A stretch of DNA of 64,000 bases, taken from a virus. Below, one piece after another: positions 49,712-59,247 of the stretch. The stretch lies in the IMG/VR virus record IMGVR_UViG_3300046007_007030. One strand, written 5' to 3'. The position numbers and the translations under genes were made by a program. The notes below the pieces were generated by a model. That model was not told the origin of the DNA. It ran no database searches and saw only the letters and a program-made list of their open reading frames with translations. How positions within the stretch are numbered: the first letter of the stretch is position 1; every line of letters begins with the position of its first letter.

Positions 49712-50154
49712 GAATTAAAACCAGGATTAGCTTGATGCTTTTTCTTCATGATCTCGCTCATCTTGGCTCTGTACTCTTCAGAGGCCACAAAGCTTCTTAC
49801 ACCCTTGCGCTTCTCTGAAATAATCTTCTTAGTCTCTTCACTATGTTTCTTGCCTTTGAACTTGGTTATGTCTGAGCCATTGATATAGCCAAAGCCACCA
49901 TTTCCTCCGGGACATAAGTTATATGTCTCTTCAGCAAGAACCACTAGTTCATATTCTTTAGAGTTCATTTCGTCTTCGTTATCAAAGACGAACAGGATCT
50001 CTTTCTCAAAGTTTTCTATTCCATACTTCTCTATGGCTAGTCTTAGAAGCTTACCGGAACCCATATAGCCATCTTCTAGGTTCTTTGTCTTATGTTTGCC
50101 GATATAGTATCTGCCATTAAGCTTATTCGTGGTCTTGTAGACTGTATAGAACAT
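49702..50154 (-). mobile_element. Free-standing GIY-YIG homing endonuclease (Seg-like, NUMOD3 tail)
   Basis: 'YTVYKTTN..NGRYYIGKH...YMGSG', 'FKGKKHSEETK'; AT-rich; TATAAATA upstream. Confidence 0.88.
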
Positions 50155-50430
50155 GTAGGATCCTCCTACATTTATTTATACAACCATGAAGGCTGAGGCA
50201 CAACCCATACCGCGTATTACTATATATGAGTCTTCGCTGAGAAGACGTCCTCTACCAATCCTTTTGCGACCTCATCTCCGAGAGAATTGCGAAGGATGCC
50301 TACAGACGTAGTCATCATGATAGAGGCCAGCATCATGATGTCCTCTATGTTGTCGCACATCATGATGCGCTCGTCGATCGGCTTCATCAGCTCCTTCATG
50401 CGAGCATGTACTTCTTCATTCGTCTTCATG

Positions 50431-50769
50431 TCAATCCCTTTTTCTATTCTTGAAGTAGTTATCGTAGATGACTTCTAGCCTGTCGAGGCCGGGGTGCTTA
50501 TGTATCCACATGCCGGTCGAAGAGTCGAAGTGCTTCTCAAAGAACTGATCCAGCTCGTCGTCTCCGGTCTTCACCTTGGAGTCTACCTTCAGAGACAAGG
50601 AGTCGAACTCCGCGTCTGAGATGATGGAGTCGTCGTAGAACTCGTAGGCGTAGGCGGCCAGAGCCAGCCTGATGCGCACTCTCCTCTGCTCAGTGGGGGC
50701 AGGCTCGTAGTGGCCTGCCTCCCTCTTCTTTTCTACGTGTTCGATGGCATTGAAGAATGCGTCTAGCAT
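50431..50769 (-). CDS. Stand-alone NAD+-ligase domain Ia-like protein
   Basis: 'AYAYEFYDDSIISDAEFD.L'. Confidence 0.6.
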   Translation of the reverse strand: MLDAFFNAIEHVEKKREAGHYEPAPTEQRRVRIRLALAAYAYEFYDDSIISDAEFDSLSLKVDSKVKTGDDELDQFFEKHFDSSTGMWIHKHPGLDRLEVIYDNYFKNRKRD

Positions 50770-51147
50770 TACTATAGATCTTCATACTTAAGATACGTCT
50801 TGCGAATATAATCACGGTCTTGCATCAACATATTGAGCAGAGCACCCATAGAGTCATACTCTTCTTTGTATTGCTTCTGCTGTCTCAGACGATAGAATCC
50901 ACGATATAGTTCACCGACTGCATTGTCTATGATTTGATTAGTATCATCAGTCATTGCTTCTTTCCCAAGAATTTGTCAATACAGTTCTGTTGCGGTGCAC
51001 CAAGTTCAATGCACTGACGGTATTCGCCACGCATATCAACTTTACCAAGAGAAACCCCAAGCGCAAAAGTTACGACAAAAGCACAAATAGCACCAAGGAT
51101 TGTAAGAGTAATCGCTGCAGCAGTAGGTCCGTCAACAGGTCTGTTCA

Positions 51148-51531
51148 TTACCTCACCTCGACGTCGGGGATGATGACGGACGGCTTGAACACCACGCGGT
51201 AGTGATAGACGCTGGCCTGAGCCGGCTCGATCTGCTCGGCGAAGAACGTCACGTTATCAGAGAGACCGAGGAAGTGCTTCTTATAGTCATTAGCTCCAGT
51301 CTTACAGGTGACAGAAAGAGTTCCTTCCTTATCGTAGTTACCGAGGGAGCAGAGCCCCTCGACTGACAGGATGTACTCTCCAGTGATGCCGTTGTAGAAC
51401 ACGACGCGACGCTGGATCTCGAACATGTCGGCAGCCTTCGACAGATTCTGGGATGCGACGTCTGCTTCATTACAACCAGCGAGGCCGGCGACTACGCCGG
51501 ATAGCAAGAGGACTGTGAGGATCTTCTTCAT
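51148..51531 (-). CDS. Conserved phage lipoprotein
   Basis: Lipobox LAGC; 'FEIQRRVVFYNGIT...CKTG...YKKH.LGLSDNV'. Confidence 0.75.
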   Translation of the reverse strand: MKKILTVLLLSGVVAGLAGCNEADVASQNLSKAADMFEIQRRVVFYNGITGEYILSVEGLCSLGNYDKEGTLSVTCKTGANDYKKHFLGLSDNVTFFAEQIEPAQASVYHYRVVFKPSVIIPDVEVR

Positions 51532-52240
51532 ATTGGAACCTTTCATTGTGATTAACCGCGATAGTCGACTACGCAACCGGACTTGATGTCCGTGGCTCGA
51601 CAGCGGACCTTGTACATCCGATGAGCCTCGTCTAGGCGCATCTTGATGCCGACCGAGTCTGAGGTGTTCATGGTCATCAGAGTCTGCCAGAGACCGCCGT
51701 TGACCTGAGCTTCGATACGTACCTGAGACACGCTGCCATTCCTTATGTGATAGTCAGATTATACTGGAAGAGGAGAAGAGAGTACATGCTTAAATTCACA
51801 GAATCAGTCGTCCCAGGGCATGGTCACTCGAAATACCCAGTGACCGGTCTTCTCTTCGAGAGAAGGCTCGGTGTCGTTGAGAGTGGCACCCACCTTGTCC
51901 CTGTAAGCCTTCATGAGGGTGACGGCGCCTGCCTTGGTCATGGCGCCTATGACGACTGGAGTCCTCTTAGCCTTCTTAGCCATTAGATCTCACCATTCTT
52001 CTGCGTAAACATGATGTAGCTATGTTCGTGCTTGACGTCCGTGGCAAAGCCGCAGGTCGCAAAGTCTTTGGACTGATAAATCGCCTCGAGGATCCCGTCA
52101 GCGTACTTCCGACGAGAGTTCTTAGGATCTCCTCCCACCATATTGAGGACGTCTCGGATGAAGACCATCTCGTCTTCGCTGAGGTTCAGGGTGTAGCCGT
52201 ACTTCATGTCTGCCATGTGTATCTCCATGAGAGGGAAGAG

Positions 52241-52258
52241 GAGGGGCCGGAGCCCCTC
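52241..52258 (-). terminator. Hairpin terminator after the DUF932 gene
   Basis: GAGGGGC-tccg-GCCCCTC followed by a pyrimidine run. Confidence 0.6.
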
Positions 52259-52265
52259 CGATTTC

Positions 52266-53213
52266 TTATGCCGCGTCGGCGTACTCTACTGCCTTCTCGA
52301 GGGCCTTGACCTTGCGGGAGCGGTTGAAGCCGAACCAGGCAGAGTTGAGGCGAGAGTCCTGAGAGCGACCGAGCTCGTGGTCTACCACGTAGGTGACCGC
52401 GTTGAAGGCCTGCCACCAGGAGCCGCGAGCGAACTCGGCGCCGGGCTGAGTCTCGAGGACGCCGAGAGCCTGAGTAGCCGGACGAGAGATCTTCTCCATC
52501 CGCTTCTGGTCGTCGACGTTGCCGGTCAGCGGGAACACGTCCTTGAAGTACTGGATGATGTTCTCCGGCGTGGCACGCTTGGTGCCGAGGTACTCAGCGA
52601 GGTCCTTATAGGCACCGAGCTTCACCTTGGAGATGCCGACCATAGTCTTCACCTCGTCGATGTTGATCTTGTTGCGGTGAGAGAGGCGAACCGCTGCCTG
52701 CGACTCGTCCTTGAGAGCCACGGTCAGGGTGTTGTTGCAGACCACGCGAATCTTGGTGGAGCGAGCCTCGAAGGACTGGCCATACTTGTGAGGAGACGAG
52801 AGGAGGAAGTAGTCCTCGATCAGGTCGCCACCGAAGACCTCGAACTTCTCCTTGGTCTTGGCCAGAGCCCAGATGCGCTTGCCGTCCTCGAGCGAGCCGG
52901 CGGTGTGCATCTCCATGTCACCGGCGTCCACCCACTCCTTGAAGAAGGAGAAGGCCTCGTCGTTCTGGACTTCGTTCCAGTCGTTAGGGACGACGCCTAG
53001 CATCTTCTCGTCAGTGCTGCGGACCAGAGCCGACCAGCCGACGTTGACCTGCTTGCCGGCGATCTTGGCGAAGGCCGGTACCTTGTTGACCTTCCAGTCG
53101 AGGCCGGCTGCCTTCATCATCTCCGCGGGGGAAAGGTCGCCGTCGACCTTGGTGCCAAGGCCGTGCCAGGGAGTCTCGCCGGCGTAGGCCATCGTCTCAA
53201 TCATGTGTGCCAT
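52266..53213 (-). CDS. DUF932 (TIGR03299-like) phage/plasmid protein
   Basis: 'PWHGLG', 'AGLDW.V', 'TAGSL..G', 'RVVCNNTL', 'W.AFNAVT'. Confidence 0.85.
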   Translation of the reverse strand: MAHMIETMAYAGETPWHGLGTKVDGDLSPAEMMKAAGLDWKVNKVPAFAKIAGKQVNVGWSALVRSTDEKMLGVVPNDWNEVQNDEAFSFFKEWVDAGDMEMHTAGSLEDGKRIWALAKTKEKFEVFGGDLIEDYFLLSSPHKYGQSFEARSTKIRVVCNNTLTVALKDESQAAVRLSHRNKINIDEVKTMVGISKVKLGAYKDLAEYLGTKRATPENIIQYFKDVFPLTGNVDDQKRMEKISRPATQALGVLETQPGAEFARGSWWQAFNAVTYVVDHELGRSQDSRLNSAWFGFNRSRKVKALEKAVEYADAA

Positions 53214-53248
53214 AGTGTAGGTTCCTTGTTTCCGTTGATTATGATCAG

Positions 53249-53277
53249 ATCTTACTTCGTATCGAGAAAAATGTCAA
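53249..53277 (-). promoter_or_regulatory. Early promoter
   Basis: TTGACA-17-TAAGAT. Confidence 0.8.
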
Positions 53278-53281
53278 CTGC

Positions 53282-54166
53282 TTATTTGCAGCAGGTGACA
53301 CGGGCGACCTTCTGCCAAGTCTCGCCGATCTTGCGGATGGCGCCGATCTTCAGGGCCATGCGAAGGGAGAGTTCGCGGAGACGGTCGGTGTTGGCTTCGA
53401 TGAACTCCACCACATCGCGCTCCTGAGACTCGGTCAGGCCGGACTTCTTGAGAAGGCCCTTCTCGAGGACCTGCTTGATCCGGACCACGTAGTCCCGACG
53501 GGTCTTCATGGCGAGGTCGATGTAGTGAGCTCGAGACATCAGCGCCTGAAGATGAGGAGCCAGCTTGTGGCCCTTATCGATCATGGCATCGAAGTCGAGG
53601 TTGGTGATGAAGACGATGGTGCCGTTGAACTCGAAGCCGCGAGGAACTCGCTCACCGGACTCCTCGTCTACCATGACGCCCTCGGTCAACCAAGAGACGC
53701 GACGCTTCTCGTTGGTATCGCAGACCGCCTTGAGGAGGTTGAGGGCGACGTCGTCGTAGAACACCGAGTCGGCGTCGTCGAAGACGATGACCTGGCCGGC
53801 CTCGCGATAGTTGTAGAGCGTCTTGTAGAGGCCGGTGGCCCGTACGAAGCCCTTGATGATGGTGTGGTTGTTCTCGTTCGGATCCCACTCCGCGAGCTCC
53901 TGCTCGACGGTGAAGGACTTGCCGAGGCCGGCAGGACCGGAGACGATGAGGGCGCGAGCGTCACCGTTGACGGCGGCCTTGGTCATCATCTCGAGGATGG
54001 AGAAGCGATCGTTGAGCTTCTCGGCGATCTCAGCGTCAGTCTCCTGCACGGCCGGGGTAGCTTCCACGAGGATGTGGCGAGCGATAGCAGCACGGTTCTT
54101 GGAGGCTTCGGCGAGGCGGCGCTTGCGCGTCATGCGCACACCGTTCTTAGGGACTCCGCGAGGCAT
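53282..54166 (-). CDS. AAA+ ATPase, conserved early protein
   Basis: Walker A 'GPAGLGKS', Walker B 'IVFDDAD', 'FITN', 'ALMSR'. Confidence 0.85.
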   Translation of the reverse strand: MPRGVPKNGVRMTRKRRLAEASKNRAAIARHILVEATPAVQETDAEIAEKLNDRFSILEMMTKAAVNGDARALIVSGPAGLGKSFTVEQELAEWDPNENNHTIIKGFVRATGLYKTLYNYREAGQVIVFDDADSVFYDDVALNLLKAVCDTNEKRRVSWLTEGVMVDEESGERVPRGFEFNGTIVFITNLDFDAMIDKGHKLAPHLQALMSRAHYIDLAMKTRRDYVVRIKQVLEKGLLKKSGLTESQERDVVEFIEANTDRLRELSLRMALKIGAIRKIGETWQKVARVTCCK

Positions 54167-54195
54167 TCAGTAGCTCCTTTGCTTGATCATGATTT

Positions 54196-54290
54196 CTTAT
54201 ACCTGGCCTCCCATTAAATGTACATGCCCTGGGCAAAAAAAGTGAGTTCCGGCTCACTTTTTTTAGTCTAACAATATCAATGGCTTGCAG
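54196..54290 (-). promoter_or_regulatory. Early promoter with stem-loop and IHF-like box
   Basis: TGTACA-17-TATAAG; AAAAAAAGTGAG..CTCACTTTTTTT hairpin; about 33 bp identical to 13618-13652. Confidence 0.78.
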
Positions 54291-54440
54291 GCATAAAAAA
54301 AGCCTAAGCTTTTCAGTGGCTTAGGCTTATGAGCTTTGGACTGGTCTGGACGGGTATACCCTAGGCCGGCGGAGCTCCCTGCACGGAGGAGCGCATTAGG
54401 CTGATTTTGCTTAAAAAGCTGTCAAAAAAAGCTAACAATT

Positions 54441-55418
54441 TCAAGGACTTGTAGATGGCTCCAGGAACTCACTGGAGAGCTTCTGGGATGGATTGATGGT
54501 CAGAGTCAGTACCTGGCCAGCCCTGTCCACTGTCAACTCCAAGGGTTCGTCTGGATCATGGGATGCCACGGCTACCGGCAGACTCTTGAACCTGGCATCG
54601 TACAGCCCGTCGCTGGTCTTGAAGGATATGATCCTATCCCCTACTAAGACTCCGTCCCTCTCTGCAGCCTCTCCGGCTACCAACTCTTTCACGGAGCCGT
54701 CATCTCCGATCAGGATACCGAGAACTGCCCAGTGAACTTGTCCATGCTTCTTGAAGTCCTTCAAGACCTTCTCTATCATGATGACGGGAAGAGCGAAGCC
54801 GTAACTACCTCCCTCATTAGCGTACATGAGAGAGTTGACTCCTAGGACCTGTCCTGACTCATTGAGAAGAGGACCACCCGAGTTGCCGTTGTATACCTTG
54901 GCATCGGTCTGAATCAAGACCTTCGGCTCCTTGCCTGGCTTCCTATCGACCGCAGAGATGACACCCCTGCTGATGGACCAGACCATTCCCCAGGGATGGC
55001 CGATCGAGTAGACGGTCTGCGTCTGAGTCACGTCGTGTTTGTCAGCGAACTCGAGGATCTTATAGCGATTGCTCGCCTTGAACTTATCCCAGTCCTTGAT
55101 TCGAACTACCGCGAGGTCCGAGACAGGATCGCTGTTGACTACCTCGACTTCGAAGAACTCTGCGCTGCTCTCGAGCGCTATCTTTATGTTCGTGGCGTCG
55201 GCGACTACGTGATTGTTAGTGAGGATGACATTCTCTCCAATGAAGAAGCCGGTTCCTACACCGCCGCCGTCTTGGCCGAGAGGCCCTTTCTTGTCAGTGG
55301 AGATGAAGACGATCGCTTCCTTCGCGTCGAGTACCGAGCGATTAACTCCGTCTCCGCTGCACGCGACGAGGACGAATGATAAGAATATTACAGCCAGTGC
55401 TGTCTTGATGACATTCAT
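54441..55418 (-). CDS. HtrA/DegP-like serine protease with PDZ domain, lipoprotein
   Basis: Lipobox LVAC; 'TNNHVV', 'DLAV', 'GNSGG'. Confidence 0.9.
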   Translation of the reverse strand: MNVIKTALAVIFLSFVLVACSGDGVNRSVLDAKEAIVFISTDKKGPLGQDGGGVGTGFFIGENVILTNNHVVADATNIKIALESSAEFFEVEVVNSDPVSDLAVVRIKDWDKFKASNRYKILEFADKHDVTQTQTVYSIGHPWGMVWSISRGVISAVDRKPGKEPKVLIQTDAKVYNGNSGGPLLNESGQVLGVNSLMYANEGGSYGFALPVIMIEKVLKDFKKHGQVHWAVLGILIGDDGSVKELVAGEAAERDGVLVGDRIISFKTSDGLYDARFKSLPVAVASHDPDEPLELTVDRAGQVLTLTINPSQKLSSEFLEPSTSP

Positions 55419-55422
55419 TTGA

Positions 55423-55995
55423 TCAACCTTTCTTTAGACGATCAATCGGAGACTCTATCTCCAAGTGTGGTACGTCGTATTCTACTCCATCGCTATTGCC
55501 GCCCTTCTCAACGGGCTCACCCTTCTTTTTCTCTTCGCCGGCTTCTTCGCCACTGCCGGCTTCTCCACTCGCACCCATGTTCTCTATGTTGACTACCATT
55601 CCCTCCTCGAGGGCATCTCTAGCCTCCGCGAATCTCTCGGCGACTTTCTTATTATACGGGAGGTAGTAGGCGCGAGGAGGTTCATTCAAGTCCGAGGTGT
55701 ACGTGTAGATCTTCTCCCACCAAGTAGGATCTGCCTGTCCGAACACCCAGAAGTAGATGGCTCCCGGATCCGTTGGAGAAGGTTCGATGATCTGTATCGC
55801 CACTACCTGTCCCTCGGTAGCCTTCGCTCGAGTCGGCCATCCCTTATAGGTCTCTAGAGAGAAATACACGAGGCTCGCTAGGAGGAACGTGTAGGTGGTC
55901 ATAGCGAGCTTGAGACCGGAGCTCTTGTAGTACAGAGTCGCCGCAGAGAGTAGAGCGTATACTATCAGCGCGACTACTAGATAGAAGCCTGTCAT
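55423..55995 (-). CDS. Two-TM membrane protein
   Basis: Two hydrophobic helices, 'GWPT', 'PRAYYLPY'. Confidence 0.7.
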   Translation of the reverse strand: MTGFYLVVALIVYALLSAATLYYKSSGLKLAMTTYTFLLASLVYFSLETYKGWPTRAKATEGQVVAIQIIEPSPTDPGAIYFWVFGQADPTWWEKIYTYTSDLNEPPRAYYLPYNKKVAERFAEARDALEEGMVVNIENMGASGEAGSGEEAGEEKKKGEPVEKGGNSDGVEYDVPHLEIESPIDRLKKG

Positions 55996-56642
55996 CTCTC
56001 TTGAACCCTCACTAGTCTGTGTTGCGTCTTATCTACCGACAAGACGTCTCCTTCGGCCGACAAGGTAAAGTTGAACGGAGTGATCTCGTCCCATATCTTA
56101 CGAAGCACGACTTTCTCTGTGACTATGACGTCGTAGTACGGGTTGAGTCTAATGAGCTCGACATTTACTGGCAAGTCCATCCGCGTCTTAAGAGCCATGG
56201 CTAGTGCTGCCAGAGGATTGGCACCGGGATAACGACAGGAGTACAGGTGCACCGAGACGTAGTACTCGCCAGGGATCACTCCTCGAAGGACCCACGTCTC
56301 CTTGTTGTCCTTGGTGGTGCCGGTGATCCTGCCATTACCATCCTTGATGAAGTCATTTTTATGACCCATGTCGTCGCGCTCGATGTGCATGATGTCGTAG
56401 TCGCGTCTGTTGAAGAACACCGACTGACCGTTAGGATCTTGCACCCAGATGTCCACGTCGCAGTCGACGTTAGGATCCCACACGACATTGATGATGTACT
56501 GTGCGTCTCTCTTGACACCTTCATTCTGCTTCTTGGTCTGAATCATCATCGTGGTGATGATGAACAGGAATATGATTCCCGTCAGTACATTCAAGAGCAA
56601 GTCGATGTAGGCGGTGCGGAAGTCGAATAGCTTATGTCTCAT
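55992..56642 (-). CDS. Single-pass membrane protein, ExbD/TolR/MotB-like anchor plus periplasmic domain
   Basis: 'AYIDLLLNVL' TM with Asp; 'DVDIWVQDP...PGEYYV.VH.Y'. Confidence 0.7.
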   Translation of the reverse strand: MRHKLFDFRTAYIDLLLNVLTGIIFLFIITTMMIQTKKQNEGVKRDAQYIINVVWDPNVDCDVDIWVQDPNGQSVFFNRRDYDIMHIERDDMGHKNDFIKDGNGRITGTTKDNKETWVLRGVIPGEYYVSVHLYSCRYPGANPLAALAMALKTRMDLPVNVELIRLNPYYDVIVTEKVVLRKIWDEITPFNFTLSAEGDVLSVDKTQHRLVRVQER

Positions 56643-57123
56643 CTACGCCGTATCCCACCAGGTAGACCTGCACCTTCAGCACGATACTGCAGACGAGGCC
56701 CACGGCGTTCGTGTAGAGGGCTAGACCCATGTGAGTCCACATGTCACCGAGCGCTGACTGCATGGAGCCCTGACTCATGCCGCCCACTGAGTTAGAGGTC
56801 AACATGAGGACCAGACCAATGACCGTACCTAACATGCCCAGAGCCATGATCTGTTCGGAGGCGAACCAGACCGTCTGTAGGCGACTCTTGATCTTTTCTT
56901 GCAACACAGATCTAGAAACGACAAAGGGGCGGTCGACCTGACGGGCGACTACCCCTAAGATTATGTTACATGCCACGAACACGATTACGATGATGCTAGT
57001 GATCATCGTCTCGTCTACTTCCCAGATCTTCTGAACCATACCGAAGTAAGCGGCCCAGAAAACGCCAGTGACCGTCAAAAGAACGGATACCCACCACGCG
57101 GCAAACTTAGTATGACTCTTCAT
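56632..57123 (-). CDS. MotA/TolQ/ExbB proton-channel family protein
   Basis: 'LGMLGTVIGL...MGLALYTNAVGL'. Confidence 0.8.
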   Translation of the reverse strand: MKSHTKFAAWWVSVLLTVTGVFWAAYFGMVQKIWEVDETMITSIIVIVFVACNIILGVVARQVDRPFVVSRSVLQEKIKSRLQTVWFASEQIMALGMLGTVIGLVLMLTSNSVGGMSQGSMQSALGDMWTHMGLALYTNAVGLVCSIVLKVQVYLVGYGVDET

Positions 57124-57172
57124 ATCATCCTCTCCATTATTCCAAATGGTATTTACCATTCTCTAGAGAGGA

Positions 57173-57264
57173 TGGCGGAACGTACTGGATTCGAACCAGT
57201 GGAACCCCTTACGGAGTTCAACGGTTTAGCAAACCGTCGCTTTCAGCCTCTCAGCCAACGTTCC
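57173..57264 (-). tRNA. tRNA-Ser(GCT)
   Basis: Long V-arm, TT-GCT-AA, GCCA end. Confidence 0.93.
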
Positions 57265-57770
57265 TAAGCTACGCGATCCTTCTTCTCGTTGATGTGCTGG
57301 ATGGCATCCTTGTACCTGTCTGCACAGTAGGAAGCTGCCCAGGCATTTGGCTTGACCATCGGTATCACGTTGCACATGCCACGAATGTAGCCGACCGCCT
57401 CGTTGATGACGCATGAGGAGCCGTGCATCTCGTTCGGATTGATGTCCAAGTGGATCTCGATCTCTCGATCCTCGAGGACCTCGTGCAAGTCCATGTAGAG
57501 CTGCGCCGTCTTCATGACCTCATTCATGAGGCGCATGCGAGGCTTATCCTTCTGCTGGTCGTAGTCGCGCTCTCGCACGATGCCACCGAATACCCTGCAG
57601 CCGTTCTTGCCGTTCTTGTGGACTACCACGACGTTGATGTAGTCCGCGTACCAGACGCCCTCGATCTGAAAGCGCTCGGAGTCTCCACCGAGGTATACCT
57701 TGGTCTCTGGTGTCTGTGCTCGGATGAACTCCTTTACAGCCTCGACGTCTAGCGCTTTCCTGATCATCAC
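57264..57770 (-). CDS. RNase H-like YkuK family protein
   Basis: 'VYLGGDS', 'RLMNEV', 'EIHLDIN', 'KP.AWAAS..AD'. Confidence 0.82.
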   Translation of the reverse strand: MMIRKALDVEAVKEFIRAQTPETKVYLGGDSERFQIEGVWYADYINVVVVHKNGKNGCRVFGGIVRERDYDQQKDKPRMRLMNEVMKTAQLYMDLHEVLEDREIEIHLDINPNEMHGSSCVINEAVGYIRGMCNVIPMVKPNAWAASYCADRYKDAIQHINEKKDRVA

Positions 57771-57972
57771 TTCTCTCCTATTACTTCTATCACGACGAAA
57801 CCGTCGTCCTTGTATTTGAGCGTGGACTTCTTGAGAGAGTAGTCAGAGGAGTAGATGGTCTGAATGAAGTCGGTGTACATCTCCTCGACTGTGGGCTCGT
57901 ATGGAAACTCTTTTTCTCTCTCCCGAGGTCCGCTGTAGTATAATGAGTACGTCCTCATCGCGATACTCCTAT

Positions 57973-58047
57973 TGGTGCCCCCTGAGAGAATCGAACTCCC
58001 GCACCCTGCTTACAAGACAGGACCTCTACCACTGAGGATAAGAGGGC
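57973..58047 (-). tRNA. tRNA-Thr(TGT)
   Basis: Cloverleaf, CT-TGT-AA. Confidence 0.9.
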
Positions 58048-58052
58048 GTTAT

Positions 58053-58126
58053 TGGTGCCGCCTGGTAGAATCAAACTACCGTTCTCGCGTTACGAGGGCG
58101 ATGTTCTGTCACTGAACTAAGGCGGC
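58053..58126 (-). tRNA. tRNA-Thr(CGT), slightly atypical
   Basis: CT-CGT-AA; T-loop TTTGATT. Confidence 0.8.
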
Positions 58127-58127
58127 C

Positions 58128-58202
58128 TGGTGCTGCCAGAGAGGATCGAACTCTCGACCTCACCCTTACCAAGGGTGTGCTCTACCACTGAGCTACGGCA
58201 GC
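58128..58202 (-). tRNA. tRNA-Thr(GGT)
   Basis: Cloverleaf, GGT anticodon. Confidence 0.93.
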
Positions 58203-58215
58203 GTTATCCTATGTA

Positions 58216-58292
58216 TGGTGCGGTGGGTGGGAATCGAACCCACAACAAAGAGTTTTTGAGACTCCCGCGTCTACCGATTGCGCCACCACCGC
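58216..58292 (-). tRNA. tRNA-Leu(CAA), short variable loop
   Basis: CT-CAA-AA. Confidence 0.88.
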
Positions 58293-58676
58293 ACGATCTC
58301 TATGGCAGAACCGATCAAGAGGAGAGTAATGACTCCGGCCCACATGCTAGGAAATTCGAGGTATCCTAGCTTTAGAGTAAAGGCATCTATGACCTGGTTC
58401 AAGGTCGTCCATATACCGAGCATGATTCCGAATTCAAGCCAGCTATTGTTCTTCATGTGTCACCAGTTGTCGTAGTCAGTTAAGTCGATCCAGATTCCTT
58501 CACACTCTTTGGTCGTGACTTTAGCTTCTAGGGTGGCACCGATTCCCGTCTGTATCGACTCCAATCGAACTTCAGAAGTGTCCCTGACGCCGTTGTCGTA
58601 GTTATCACTCAACCACTTCATCAGTGCCTTCACATCTCTCACTTGCATCTTAAACGTCATCAAACACTCCATATAT

Positions 58677-58753
58677 TGGTGCCCCTGGAGAGACTCGAAC
58701 TCCCAACCTTCAGAACCTAAATCTGCTGCCTCTACCAATTGGGCTACAGGGGC
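58677..58753 (-). tRNA. tRNA-Leu(TAG), short variable loop
   Basis: TT-TAG-GT. Confidence 0.88.
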
Positions 58754-58757
58754 GTAT

Positions 58758-58832
58758 TGGTCGTCGCTAGTAGATTCGAACTACTGACCTACACGATGTC
58801 AACGTGGTGCTCTACCACTGAGCTAAGCGACG
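58758..58832 (-). tRNA. tRNA-Val(GAC)
   Basis: TT-GAC-AT. Confidence 0.9.
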
Positions 58833-58909
58833 TGGCGATCTCGGCATGACTCGAACATGCGACTTCCAGTTTAGGAAACTGGCACTCTATCCTGCTGAGT
58901 TACGAGACC
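58833..58909 (-). tRNA. tRNA-Arg(CCT)
   Basis: TT-CCT-AA. Confidence 0.9.
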
Positions 58910-59131
58910 TTATCGAAGAATTCCATTGCTTCCTCTAAAGAGGTCGCTGTCTGATCAAGATATACACCGGTGTTAGAAAAGAGTACATAGACATTTTGAC
59001 TATCTTCGTGGATCCTGTTATGATCGCACGTCCACATCCTACGAGGTGGAGCGTTGTCGTTGGCGTACTGGTAGAGGTACTCTTTCCAGGTGTGCTTATT
59101 GGCAGTCAGCGACATAGTACCTCCTAAAAAA

Positions 59132-59207
59132 TGGTAGCCGGTGAGGGATTCGAACCCCCGACATCTTGCGTGTAAAGCAAGCGCAACTACCGCTGTGCTA
59201 ACCGGCT
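59132..59207 (-). tRNA. tRNA-Val(TAC)
   Basis: TT-TAC-AC. Confidence 0.9.
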
Positions 59208-59208
59208 A

Positions 59209-59234
59209 TAAAAAAGGGCGGCCGAAGCCGCCCC
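59209..59234 (-). terminator. Intrinsic terminator after the DUF2828 gene
   Basis: GGGCGGC-ttcg-GCCGCCC-TTTTTT. Confidence 0.85.
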
Positions 59235-59247
59235 TCGGTATTGCTAT

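Noticed and set aside
3988-54217. Many long plus-strand ORFs antisense to core genes (e.g. 3988-4563, 17872-18582, 30994-31806, 52206-53000, 53525-54217)
   Set aside because: Shadow frames produced by the codon bias of the real minus-strand genes; no RBS or recognisable motifs.
55992-57123. Calling the motor pair Zorya (zorAB)
   Set aside because: No long ZorA tail, no OmpA-like ZorB domain, no zorC/D/E.
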